Positions 32,597-45,567 of a stretch of DNA of 64,000 nt are shown here, piece by piece (positions within the stretch are counted from its first letter, which is position 1; the number at the start of each line of letters is the position of its first letter). Made by a program: the position numbers and the translations under genes. The DNA comes from Pseudogymnoascus verrucosus. Its lineage: Eukaryota. The notes below the pieces were generated by a model. That model did no database searches and was not told the DNA's origin. It saw only the letters and a list, made by a program, of their open reading frames with translations. The DNA lies in assembly GCA_001662655.1 (NCBI GenBank), contig KV460206.1. One strand, given 5' to 3'.

Positions 32597-34395
32597 TCCG
32601 AGTCCCCAAGGAGCTCGGGAACAACCAACGGAAGGTGCTCACGTCTGTTGGCTAGCGCGCAACGATGTCAGTAACTAGATGCTCGGCCAGAGTGTTCGGG
32701 AATTGCTGCCCAAGACTAAACTAGTATTGGTTCCGTCGGACGTACCTGCGTTATGGATGAGTCGGTGGCAACCCGCGACTTGCCCCTCCAAGTCAGCAAG
32801 ACCAGCTTCTCCAGAGAATCAACGGAAGTCGAGATATGCCGCGGTGTGTCTGGGAGGTTGTGATAAGGCGGCGAGTAGATGTGTGAAATAGTAAGGCCAG
32901 CTCTGTCCGGCTTGCCCAGAAACGGTGGTTGTGGGGGAAATGCAGGTCCTGGAGATCGTCAACTGGCATTGCTATGGATTTGAAGGTCAAAGATGACTTT
33001 ATGCCTCAGGCATAAAGAAGCGCCAAGTCACAAGTCGCTAGCCTCGTCTCCTTGTTGACAACGGCAGCAAGGAAATTCGAGGAAGCATTTATAATAAATT
33101 ACAAAAACAAATATAACTATTCGGAAAGGTAATAAAGCTCACTATATCTAATTCTAAGAAAACAAAATTCCTGCGACGCATCAGATAGCGTCTTTGTTGG
33201 CGGTATTGACACGTGGTAGCTTTATCATATTTGGACTCAAATCGAAGCCTCTCTACCAATGCCTGTGAAACATCATCTTGGAGCATCCAAGTCTCTATAA
33301 ACACATGTAAATAGGTTTCCAGTTTCTGCATTATTTAAATGGTTCTGATCCTCGTCAATCTTAGTCAAATCTTAGTCTCTCGACAACGAAGCGCATATAT
33401 TCCTTTTTTTCACTCTCTGTGCTAGCTTCCAGCAGTATTTGTGTAATCTGATCCAATGCCGTCATGTCAAAGCAGCCCTTCACAGAGTGAAAAATTCTCT
33501 CTCCATTTATCCAATTTGAATTCGCAATGAGATTCCAGTATATATCAGAATCGGCTTGGCCTGGCCGTCGTTGTTGAAATCCCTAACTGGCCCGTGCACA
33601 CACTTTTCAGGCCGTAATTTAGTGGACGGCAAACCCCTGGACCCAGATAAGGCGTCTAGGCGGTTGAAGGGAAACTCAGGGAGTTAGATATCAAAATTTA
33701 CACCAGCGCGATAGGCTGTGACGGGTATTATTCGAGACTTCAATATGAGATTTGACAATAATAACGCCGAAATGAATATTACGGACTGGCTTTGTGATAA
33801 GTGTTGAGAGGCTCGAAATCATACTCAGCCACTATCGGCCACAATCAGCCACGCTGTGGAACGTGGCAGCTGTAAGGTACGTAGGTACATGTGAGCAGGG
33901 CGTTCGGCGTTATGGTTCAGCCGACTAACCACTTTTGGTAAGATGGGGGTTGGAGCGACCCGCGCGTCAACGGTGGTCAGCCCAATCTGTATCGGGGCGC
34001 CTCCAGCGATTAGAGTTACACATCTCAGCTTACTATACGAGCACAGAAACAACGGAGTACGGTTCCCGTCCCAGCAACATTATTTCAAGTTGCCATTTTT
34101 CACAAGTATTTAGGTTCTTAATTGCGTTCAATTCCTTCTAGCCGTATATTTCTTTTTCCTTCGGTGGTGACGCTGATCACCCCATACGACTGGCAACCGA
34201 CAACATCATCCGACACTATCGACAAGTCTCCCTGCTGGTGAACTTACACTTCCACCACCCTACCAGTGCAAACCACGGTCATCTTCAAACAACCAACCAG
34301 CATAGCGAGCTTGTATTTCCATACAGGCCAGGGAATTGAAAGGGGAGCATAGCCAGCTTATTCCTCTCCAACGGGAGAAGTTAAACCCCGACACG

Positions 34396-35347
34396 ATGGA
34401 AGAGCACCCACAAGCTCAGAATGTGATGCGGAGGTGAGCACATCATTTACAATTTTCCTCCATGCAGTTACCACCAGCAAAACCACTACTCCTGTCGACT
34501 CTATCCAACCCCCCCACCTTGTGGGCTCATCGGAACACAGGCAGGAATTCTGGGTTCGACATTTGCTGACAGCATCACTCTAGGAAGCTGGTTATTATAG
34601 GCGATGGTGCATGTGGAAAGACAAGTTTGTTAAGCGTCTTCACATTGGGGTACTTTCCAACAGTAAGCAGAACTGAAACTCAGTAGCATACCTGGACAAT
34701 TACTAATGGAATTCTCTAGCATTATGTGAGCTACCACCACCATCAAACGACATAAACAACTACTCAAGGTGTTCGAATTCATACTGATATCAGACATACA
34801 GGTTCCCACGGTGTTTGAGAACTACGTGACAGACTGCAGGGTGGATGGGAAGTCGGTACAATTAGCCTTGTGGGATACTGCAGGACAGGAAGACTACGAG
34901 CGCCTTCGACCCCTTGCATATTCCAAAGCCCATGTTATCCTGATAGGCTTTGCAATCGACACCCCAGATTCTCTTGACAACGTGAAGCACAAGGTAAGAA
35001 GCTGTATTTCCGGTATATTTCCGCCCGTGGACGAGAAATGCTGACAATGCTATCAGTGGGTTGAAGAGGCAAACGAGCGATGCCCTGGCGTCCCGATTAT
35101 ACTGGTGGGCCTGAAGAAGGATCTTCGAGAAGACCCCGTCGCTATTGAGGAAATGCGGAAGAAATCGCAGAATTTTGTCGGGACCAGGTTGGCCACAGAT
35201 GTCGCACATGAAATCGGAGCGAGGAAGTACCTGGAGTGTTCGTCTCTGACTGGCGAGGGTGTCGACGATGTGTTTGAAGCAGCTACTCGGGCGGCGCTGC
35301 TTACGTTTGAGGGCAAGAAGACGAATGGGTGCTGCGTTATTCTATGA
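34396..35347 (+). CDS. RHO2: Rho2 small GTPase
   Basis: [71 protein letters not shown] (CaaX). Five exons. Confidence 0.95.
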
Positions 35348-35840
35348 GGAGTGCCGTGGACGTCGATAATTAACAGGATGGCACCCAATCTAGGGTTGGC
35401 ACAGTGCCGCTGCGCTCGCGACAAGAGGTCCGAGGCAGTGCCGGCGATATTGCAGTTTTCATGAGCGAAAAATGGGCTTGGATGGGCGCCTCGTTCACAC
35501 AGAACGCCATTTCTAATGTCGGCATGGGATGGTGTTACTATACTTTGGCTCAACGCCCTTAATGACTTACGAGTCGATTCACTCTTTACTTCCCTTACAT
35601 AGCCAGATTTCGGCGTTGTTCTGGAGCCACACTTGGTAGCGATGGATGAGCAAAAGTGTACATAGGATGGAAGCGAATTTTACAAGCTGTTATACATGAG
35701 CGCCCTGCTTTGGGATATCCCCTCGACTCCTCGTCTATGTTCCCCTCCAACATCTCCATCTCATTTCGTACAATATTCGATGAACTCTGTCCCTCCCAGA
35801 AATTCTATAGCACCCCCCTTTGACCTATCCATGCTTCCTC

Positions 35841-36447
35841 CTAACGGGTCCACGAGTGGTCCCACGGCTCTTTTCCTGGTGTATCCGTCTGCGCACGCGC
35901 ATACTCAATTGGCACTCCGTTCGGGCCAAAGATACCCTTCTTCTCCAAAGCGATTCTGTACAGGCGTCCAGCATTCTTGTCGCCCGGCCCCTGCAGCGCC
36001 CGCAGCTCCTCACAAGCATTGTGCATGCTCTTGTACATCCTAAGAAGCTATCATTAGCAACCATCCTCTCTCTATCAATATAGCAGGGACAAGAGAAGTT
36101 TCATACCTCTGCAGCTCCAGCTCCTCCTCCGACATCTTCTGCCGCCTAAACAGCATCCACGCGCGATGGATCGTCCAGTGTCGCAGACTCCTCATGCGAC
36201 TCAGGCGCAGGGGTCGCGGCGTCGTCGAGTGCTGGAGATGGTAACGGATCAATTGCACCCTAGGGTCTTTCTTGCCGCCGCCACCGCGGTTCTTGGGGTT
36301 CATTGAGCCGCCCGAGGCGAGGTTTGCGGGTGTGGTCGAGATGCTGCGGACGGGGAGGGCGGTGGTTGAGGGGGCGGCGGTGCGGCGGACGGTTTGGAGG
36401 AGGGGAGTGAGGAGGCGGAAGAGGGGGGAGACATTGTTGGAGGCCAT
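35841..36447 (-). CDS. MRPL28: Mitochondrial 54S ribosomal protein L28 (mL40)
   Basis: Basic mitochondrial presequence; PRPLRLSRMRSLRHWTIHRAW, QRMYKSMHNACEEL, GVPIEYARAQTDTP. One intron ~36040-36105. Confidence 0.85.
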
Positions 36448-36668
36448 GATGGCGGTTGGGCGAGGTGAGGTCGGAGGTGGGTGAGGTTGGAGATGGATTG
36501 GGGGTTTCTGAGTTGCGATGGAGTTAAATTCGGTTGCTGGATCCATGAATTATTTTGTGCATGGCGGATACCACGTGACGACATAATTATGAATGCCACC
36601 GACTATCAACATCTGATCGATATCAACCCAAGGAATAACACAAAACAAATACAACATTACTGTACAAG

Positions 36669-37669
36669 ATGATGAGTAACGGCGCTGTTCCTGGTACTTT
36701 GCACCATTATGTACGTCTTTAATGTGGCAATTCCCAACATCAGTCCCTTTAACAACACAATTGCCGCCGTGGTATCAGATAAGCTAACAGGAACAGGCTG
36801 GCAAACTCGTAGCTTTCGAGCTTACAGCTGCCGAGAAAGGCGAATCGGGCCAAAATATCCTCTTCTTTATTGGAGGGCTAGGTGATGGTTTACTCACCGT
36901 CCCATACGCGGCACAACTTGCCCGCCAACTCCCACCCGCCTGGTCACTTGTGCAAGTCCATCTATCCTCATCCCACATCGGCTGGGGGACTTCGTCACTT
37001 GGGAAAGATGTTGATGAGCTATCACAATGTGTTGATTACTTTCGTAACATAGCAGGGAGGTCTGGCAAGATTGTCTTCATGGGCCACTCCACTGGTTGCC
37101 AGGATGTGATACACTACCTGGTGGGCCCCGGAAAGGAGAGCCGCGCACCTATAGACGGAGGAATATTGCAAGCATCTGTCAGTGATAGGCAGGCTATGGA
37201 GGGGCAGCTTGATGAGGCGCAGCGCTCTAACACGAACAAAATTGCTGCCGAATGGGTGGCAGCGGGAAGGGGAGAGGATGTTCTATCATCCGCAGCTACG
37301 CATGGCTTCTTCGATGCTCCAATCTGTGCGAGACGGTGGTTGAGCTTGGCCAGCCCGAATCATGATGGGGAGGATGATTATTTCAGTTCGGATTTGACTG
37401 ATGAGCAGTATCAGAGGTCGTTTGGGAGCCTGTCGAAGGGAAGTAAGCTCTGTATCCTGTACTCTGGGAAGGATGAGTATGTGCCAGAGTACGTGGATAA
37501 GAAAGCACTGGTTGAGAAATGGATCGGGTTTGTGAAAAGGGGCTCTGGTGAGGTGGATGAGAAGAACTCTGGCATTGTGGAAGGGGCAACCCATGATTTG
37601 AAGAATAACCCAGAAGAAGTCATTAATGGGGTCTTCTCGAGAGTTATTGGCTTTCTATCAGATCTATAG
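36669..37669 (+). CDS. DUF1749/UPF0613 alpha/beta hydrolase (SidJ-like esterase family)
   Basis: LFFIGGLGDGLLTVPY, GWGTSSLGKDVDE, MGHSTGCQD nucleophile elbow, ILQASVSDR, DDYFSSDL, GATH. Intron 36711-36797. Confidence 0.85.
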
Positions 37670-37894
37670 AAGTAGAAAATCCAATATCAATGTCCACCAA
37701 TATTATAATATAGAACGGTTGCTGTGCAGAGTTGACCTGAAAAGTTGAAACTCAGCACCCAGTTATAGCTCTGTCGCGTGCATAAAATCGTAGGACAGTG
37801 TCATAAATCGCGCCAATGCACGCGAACGTATAGTCTGATTCGCAACTCCGAACGTCAACTTCCACCTTCAAAGACACCATACAATAAGATCAAG

Positions 37895-39419
37895 ATGGCG
37901 ACTCCACCAAGATCTTCCGTCGGAGAGCGGCAAGAAAGGCCCATATCCACTGGTAGAGGTATGATGACCTCCGATGATCTATCCCACCTGCCCATTCCTC
38001 CCAAACTCAAACCAACATCACGTGACATGTCAACGTCCACTCTCACTTCACAAGCTGATGATAGGAGCAGTTCAGTTACCGCGTCGGTCAACTAGAGGCC
38101 CAGTAGATCTATCTCAGTAAGCCCCCATCTCTCGCTTTTCGCACAAAGCTAACCCCTCCAGGGCACCCGTCTCCGGTCCCCTTGGCTCCTCCTCACCCAC
38201 CCTCTCCAACTCCCAAACCCTCTCACCCACCCCCTCCCAACGCTCACCGAACCCCTCCTCGCGGCCGACATCCTCCCCCGCCTTCCATGCAAAAGACTTC
38301 TCCCGCCTCCTCCGCCCCGAACTCTACCACCCCCTTCCCACAACCGACATCCCGGCGCCCTTGCGCCCCTCTTCCCCTCCTCCACAGGACCTCCCTACCC
38401 TCCTCTCCACCTCCCGCTTCCGCGCTGCTGCCGTCCTCGCCGCGAACCTCCTCACTACCGCCACAGCCCCAACTGACCACCCCACCATCTTCGCCCTCCT
38501 CTACGTCCGCCTCGCCTCCCTGACCCTCTGCAACGCCACCGCTCTCGCGGCGCAGGAGGTAAAGGCCCTCGAAGATCTCAACTCAGCGCTATACCTCGAC
38601 CCACTTACCTCCGCGCACCTCGTCCCCTGGGAACTCCGCGTCCTCGCTGTGCGCCTCCAGGGCATCGGATTCAACGACCCCCGCCGCGGAGTAGTAGGGT
38701 ATTTCGAGCTAGCGCGCGATGCGCGGCGCGCGCTTGCCGCGCTACGGAAAGCCGTCTCTGAAGACCCTGAGAGCGAAGACTCGACGCTGGTAGAGCGGCA
38801 GATGTGGGAGGAGCGACTTGTTGATCTCGGTGTGCGAGTTGCGGGTGCCTTGGTGGAGATGGAGGATTTAGAGGGTGCGGCGATGCATTTGAGGACGTTG
38901 GGGGAGGGGGGGGATAGGATGGTTGGAGCGAGGAGGGCGTTGTTGTGGTTGAGGCTGGGGGATGTGGAGGCGGCGAGGGGGTGCATGGGGGGGAGGGAGG
39001 AGGCGGATGGGGTGGTGCTTGCGTTGGGGGAGATGGCGGATGGGAAGTATGAGGATGCGGCGACGATTTGGGAACAGCTTGCGGAGAGGGATGGGGGGAA
39101 TGAGATGTATGCGCAGAATTTGGCTGTGTGTATGTTGTACTCGGGGCAGATCGATGAGGTATGTTGGCGGCTTTTTTCAGTTCCGTGGAGTGGGTGGCGT
39201 GATGGTTATACTGACAGTGCATAGGCAAAGGACATGCTTGAGAATCTGCTAGACAAGGGGAAGAGCTTCCATGCGCTCACTTTTAACCTGAGCACGATTT
39301 ATGAACTATGCACCGATCGCTCGAGGCAGTTGAAGTTGCAGCTTGTGGAGAAAGTGGCGGCTATGCCAGAGGCTGACAGGGCTGGATGGGAGAAAACCAA
39401 TGCCGATTTCAAGTTGTAG
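37895..39419 (+). CDS. TRAPPC12 (TTC15)-like TPR protein
   Basis: LLSTSRFRAAA, FALLYVRLASL, AQEVKALEDLNS, HLVPWELRVLAVRLQ, NLAVCMLYSG, LTFNLSTIYELCTD. Several introns; the 5' exon structure is approximate. Confidence 0.7.
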
Positions 39420-40522
39420 ACAAAAGTCAATGATAGCTTTTATTTGACGTCTTGACGTCTATTTTTATTTTCCGGTGACGTAGAACGTATGGCTACAATA
39501 AAGGCCTGGGATTAATATTATACATTACAAAGCGGCTCACTATAGCAACGTTCTCTGGGGCACCTTCAAGTCATATAAGGGATTAATTGGAATGAAACCA
39601 ATAAAATTGGAGGCGGAGTTGCTTTAAAACCTACCAGCTTATCAACCTACACTCTATCAACCCTCGTCCCCACAAAGCCACACTCACCAGGATTCTCACC
39701 ACAGCTCGAGACCGGCGGCAGGACCACGTCAGTGACAGGAACACCGCGGCGACAGCAAACAACCGTGACAAGAAGAATAACGACAAGGGGAATTCGAACA
39801 CCGACAACAGGCATACAAACCAAAGAGGGAAAGCAGGTAAGCAAAGCTGATAGTAGAGAAGCTTAGATCACAAGACACGCCCGGCGTCTTCTTTGCCCCT
39901 TTTGCGTTCTTTATTTTGGGTGGCTAGACACATGGACCTCAATTTATACCCACAAATATGGGATGGAGTGGCTATCGAAAGTAGAATCAGCGGGAGAAGG
40001 TGTCTTTGATTCTGAGTGTGGCGGTATCAGCGGCCTGATCAAGATGGTATGGAAGAACCGAAGGAGATGGAGAAAAAAAAAGGCATCGGAAACAAACTTT
40101 TATGATATACAACTTCAATAATGTACCCATAGCTTTGCATAATCAAATAGTCAATTCAACAGCGAGATGCCCCAGAACCAATCCAAACCCGCAGCCTAAC
40201 CCTTTCCCCATACACCATCATGCCAACCATAATATATATAAAGCAAAGATTTGAATTCCTAGATCTAGTAATCTCCTAGCCGAAGTATGTGTTCATAAAG
40301 TATAGCCGGGTATATGCAAGCAAACCCATACACCTCGCTGCCCTCCCCATCTTGTAAATGTGTGTCTCTGTCTATAGTTACAACAGCAATAGATCCCCCA
40401 GTTCGCCCCCCCATTAAATATTATCGCCGCCAGCAACGATCCAGCATCATGATATATGCCTCCCCCCTCACCCATTATTCGCGTATTTTCTTGCGGCCAG
40501 TCATTAGGTTCCACTGCCCCAC

Positions 40523-43372
40523 TCACTTCAGCATACTCTCATCCCCCTCTAATATCCGATACGCAATCTCCAACCGTTTCCTCCACACCCTATTCTCCGC
40601 GCTCGTCCGCCTCGTCTCCTGCAACCCCACCACACACTTCCCCACACTCGCCACCAGCCGCTCCACCAAAATCTGGTCATCGCGGTGTAACATCGATACC
40701 GGGGATGGCTGCGCAGCCCGCTCATCGGTCCCATTCATCATCCCAGTCGTGAGCGCCATCCCTAAGAGCTCGCCTGGATTAGACGCGAGAGGAGACGGGT
40801 AGCTAGAGGGCGTCGAGGTACCGCTCGTGTTCTTAGGCCTGTTGATCAAGGGGAAGGAGCGCGTGGCGCTAGAGGAGGAGCTGAAGGAGGAGATTGAGGG
40901 GCGGTGTTGCGCGACCGGTTGTATGACGCCTGCTCTGATGACTGAGCTGCGACGGGATTCCTGTCCCGCCTCTCCTGCCTCGTCGTCAGGTGTGGTAGGC
41001 AAAGCCTTCGACGTGTCACCCCCGTGGATCTGCTGCGACCACCTCACATCCTGGACCGCGAAATTGAAGTATTCGTTCTGCAGATCTGCCTCCGTGTGTC
41101 TCGATTTCGCAGTCGCGAATGTAGCCATCGTGCTCACGGTATCGATGCTCTTATGCCTCTTGTGTCCTACGACCGCGGGTTTCAGCTGGTCTTTGTAAGT
41201 CCCGGTAGCAGGAGTATCGAGGCCGCGCGCGGTTGCGACGGAGTCATCGGAGCCGTAGCTGTCGGTGCTGCCGCGTCGGTTGTATTTTTGTTGAGACATG
41301 GTGCCCATGGCGCTGTGGAGGAAGAAATGCTCATAGTCGAAGGCGTCTTCGCGGTCTTCGTGGGAGAGGGGGACTTGGGAGGTGTCGTGGTAGAGGGAGG
41401 CGACGTCGCTGGAGGCGTCGTCGTATTCCTCGCCGTCGACGGATTCGTCCTCGTATTCATCGTTGATAGGTTGCTCTTCATCGAGCTCCCTGTCCTCAAC
41501 ATGCTCCTGGAGGTCATCTTGCCCGTCTTCCTGAAGACCGTTTTGCTGGTGGTTATTTTCTGCGAGGTCATCTTCCAATTCGGCGGGCTCTTCGTAAACC
41601 TCATCTCCATTAACCTGTTCCTCCCCTCCAAAAGAGCCAACAACATTCCCATATTCCTCTTGGTCTTGGTGTTCCTCAGCCTCCTCAAAGTCTTGGTAAA
41701 TACTCGTCGTTTCCGACTGGCAATCCTCCACATCTTCCGCCGCGTCCTCAGTAACGTGATCAAGCATATTATTAACCTGCTTCTGCTGGATTTCCTGCTC
41801 CTTGGGTTCCCCATCCCACGGTGCCTGCATCACAACAGCATCAGCACTCAGATGACCATCCTTATAGTCTGTTGACGTCGTGTACCACTGTTCGGCGGCC
41901 GTGAAGGGGCTAGGGGTACGGAGGCTCTGCACGCTACGCCTCTTCATATTATCTTCCTTTGCTCGGTCCCTCAGTGTCGAAATCTTGCCCTTGAGGTCCT
42001 TCATTTTGACCGACAGATCTCGCATCTGCATCGACGAAGCCGAGCGCGTTAGGGCGCGTGGGTCGATCTCGTGCCAGGAATGGGGTTCAGCAGTACTAGA
42101 TCGGACGAATCTATCAGCCTCAAGAGGTGAGGGGAAGGGGTGATCTCCATCGCTCCCCGTTTCCATGATAACTATCCCAGATGCCGGATCCGAGTGTTCG
42201 TTTAAAGATGACCGACGACTCTCTTGAGCAGCAATCTGGGATCTATATGAATCCCGCCGTTGCGGTCCTTCCGACTGTGGTGACGCGATTAGTGGCAGGG
42301 ATTGCCTTGAGACGAGGGCCGGCCTTAAGATGACGGTCGTATGTTGAATATTATTATTATTAGGGGGTGATAGAGGAAGCGAATTCTCGCTACCGACTCT
42401 TGCGTGAGACGGGCTGTTGGGGCCCAGGTTGGAGTGATTCAGTTGTCGGTGCCTGGCGGGAGGCAAGCCCATCTGAGAGATTATGCGCGGCTCGGGAGGC
42501 GAGGGTGTCGATCTTGACAAGGGGCTGCTGCTATGTATTGAAGACATCGAGGATGAGGGGCTGATATATAGGGAGCTTCGTGCACGGCTGAGATTCCCCT
42601 CCATGTTCTAAAATAACTCTGTCAGTGCACGTTCCTAGAGACAAATCTATCAGTACTCACATCAAGCCGTTTTTTGGCGTTTGACAAGATCATCTCTGCC
42701 CTCTTGCTCAGCGCCGCACTGCTCAATTCCTCATCCTCCTTCTCCCTCCTCGCCTCTACGGCCCTCGCATCCTTTCTGTACATAGTCTTAACCTCGGCCA
42801 ACATTGCCTGTCCGTAGGCTTCGCCCACAACACTCTCCTCATCATCGCCCTGGAATGCACTCTCATCCACGCTCACAGTATCATCGAAATCCCCAAACGG
42901 CTCACCCACAGGAGCCTCAGTCGTCACGGTACTCGTGCTCTCCATACTAGCGCTCCGCTGGTGAGCTGGCACTTTCGACCGCTTCACCGTACTCTGGTAT
43001 CCCATCGTCGGCGACGATTTCACTGGTGAATCATCCCCCCTTGCGAGCCGGTCCCGCATGCGTCGCACACCAACCCCAGGTGTGCTCTCCGCCTCCGTCA
43101 CCTCACCGATATCAGATAACATTGTGCCGTTCCCATATATGATTGGTGTGATAGGTGTCATAGGCACAGCGACCATGGTATTGTCTCCATATGCCAGGGA
43201 CTGCGCAAAGTCCATATCTTGGGGTCGGCCCTTCCACGCGGCCGAACGCGGGGGAGAGGGGGTGGAGTCGTAGTCGCCGTAGGGCAGGATCATGTCCGGG
43301 TTCGTAAGAGTCGGGGAGGCGGGAAGGGAGGGGTAGGCCATTGTCGCTGTCGTTGTCGGTGCTCCTTGATGC
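40523..43372 (-). CDS. Conserved fungal hypothetical protein (coiled-coil, acidic, low complexity)
   Basis: Two long ORFs joined by intron ~42608-42660 (KKRLD|NMEGNLSRAR). Motifs SPTLTNPDMILP, HEDREDAFDYEHFFLHSAMG, LVERLVASVGKCV. Confidence 0.75.
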
Positions 43373-44799
43373 ATCTTGCCGTTGAGTGAGACACAAGCCG
43401 GGAGGGAAGGAACAGTTCTATGTGAGTTGCCGTATGCGACGGCCCGCTAGATATGGTTTATATGGCCCGCTTCGAGAGGCGGTTCGGTGGCGCGGTAGGG
43501 GATGGCGGTATGGGGAACTGGCGGGGGTTGAAGACCAATTTGTCCAAGACCAATTGTCCACCCGCGATCGCAATGGTGATGTCGAGGGGGTAGTCGTCGT
43601 CGAAGCAGCTCGTCTAGGCCAATCGCATGGTCGTCGGTAGAGCGCGTAAAAGGAGAATGTTGTCTGTCTAGAGCGCCATGTGAAGCATGTCCGTCGGCGT
43701 GAACGCGCGTGATCGTGTGTGAAGGGGGTTGACGACGGCGACGGCGAGAACTACAATGGGAAGAATTAGCGGCCGTTGTAAGGGATGGATGGCATTTTCA
43801 GTGGAGGCCGGCAATCAACTGCCCTCTCATTCGCTGACAATCCCTGTTTGAAGCCCCTTGGCAGGACTTTTAATCCCAATTTGACGGATTACTTACTGCT
43901 AAAGTACTTTATGGATTTAATTTTCCCCTTCATGCACGAAGGTAATGAAGGAAAGGGACATGCGGGTCATTCGTCGCATAAACTTACTCAGTGTTCTTTA
44001 TCAGCTGTATAAATTGTATAAACTGTCTTGGAATAATTTCCTATTATGCCGAATGCAATATAAATCTTCAGGCGTGTTCGTGTACGTGTACATTAATATC
44101 TGCAGTACTATAGAGAAACTGCCGTAGTATGGAGATATGGAGATTGAAATTGAGATTGAGATATTCCCTAGTTCCATCTGAATAATTTCCCGACGGCACG
44201 GTTACGCGATTATGTGGTTACTTTACGCGTACTTTGGTACAAGCCGAGACCCGCGCGGTCGCCCCCAAAGTCTGAGAAAGGACCCTGTACATTTCATTCA
44301 CCGAGGCTCTCCAGACCCTGTCGCCACTTTAAGTTTGCACAGCACTATTGATCATATTGAAACAACAATTCTCATATTTCACTGTTTCAACAAGCTAATT
44401 ACCGAATTCTCGAACTAGACGGAGAGTAAGCCCCTTAGCCCCAACTGCCGGTCTCGATCCCAAGTTATGCACGGCCCTTTGTGCTTGAGCGGCGGCATCG
44501 CGGAAACGGAAATGGCGTTCCAAGCCTTCTTCGCTTCTTCCCCACATTCCCTTTTCGCTCGCCGCCCGGCGACGGTCACTCGGCGAAGCTTTTCGGCGGC
44601 GCTGGCTCGCAAACTTCGCTTTACATCGGATTACACCTGTCAAACTCCAACTCAACATTTCCTCCCCTCGAATCATAAATAAATACCTATAACCCGTTCC
44701 TTACTCCCCTCAAACCAAAAGTTAATCCCAATTACATTCCCATCCTTATCAATCCCTCACCACACCCCGACGACCCCGCCACAACCCCGCACCATAACC

Positions 44800-45501
44800 A
44801 TGTCGTCCACCACCCCCACCACCGCCTTCCACATCGAAGAATGCACCCCCGCCGACGTCTCCTCCCTCGTGCACGTTTACCTCTCCGCCTTCACTCCCGA
44901 ACCCAACCACATCGCCTGTTTCCCCAACAGCACCTGCTCCTGGGCCTCGCAATCCGCCTGGCTGACCAACCGCTTCGGGAAGCGCCTCAACCACCCCGGT
45001 CCCGGAGAGCGGCATTTCAAAGTAATCGAGACGGCGAGTGGCCGCATGGCGAGTTTCGCTAGATGGGAGTTCCCGCACACTCCTGCGCCGGAGGAGGCTA
45101 CCGAGGCGGTAGTAGAGGAGGGCGGGAACATGGATGCGGATTCCCTGCCCGAGGGCGCGAATGTAGCGGCGTGTTTGGAGATGTTTGGCGGGCTGGATCG
45201 GATGCAGAAGAAGTGGGTTGTGGAGGAGGAGATGTATTTGATGGGGTTGTTGGCGACGGATCCGGAGTTTCAGGGGAAGGGGTGCGCGTCGATGTTGTTG
45301 AGGTATGGGTTGGAGATGGCGGATCGCGAGGGGAGGAAGGCGTATATTGAGGCGACGCCCGCGGGGTTGCCGTTGTATAAGAAGTTGGGCTGGGTGGTGG
45401 TGGATGAGGCGGAGATTGTGAATGCGAGTAAAGAGACGCCGGAGGATGAGAGGAGGTGGATTAATTGGATTATGATTAGGGAGCCTGTTTCTAAGGCTTG
45501 A
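44800..45501 (+). CDS. GNAT family N-acetyltransferase
   Basis: Acetyl-CoA motif LATDPEFQGKGCASMLL; AYIEATPAGLPLYKKLGW. Intronless. Confidence 0.9.
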   Translation: MSSTTPTTAFHIEECTPADVSSLVHVYLSAFTPEPNHIACFPNSTCSWASQSAWLTNRFGKRLNHPGPGERHFKVIETASGRMASFARWEFPHTPAPEEATEAVVEEGGNMDADSLPEGANVAACLEMFGGLDRMQKKWVVEEEMYLMGLLATDPEFQGKGCASMLLRYGLEMADREGRKAYIEATPAGLPLYKKLGWVVVDEAEIVNASKETPEDERRWINWIMIREPVSKA

Positions 45502-45567
45502 TTACAGATGCCTCCGGAGAGAGCATTATTAGACTAGAGTCTCAAACTATCCTAATTATTCAACTCC

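Noticed and set aside
898..39419. Functional clustering of trafficking genes (TRS65, TRAPPC12-like; VPS9 further on)
   Set aside because: They are separated by tens of kb of unrelated genes; likely coincidence.
44150..44750. Possible ncRNA or small ORFs upstream of the GNAT gene
   Set aside because: No tRNA/snoRNA hallmarks or coding motifs recognised; treated as promoter/UTR.
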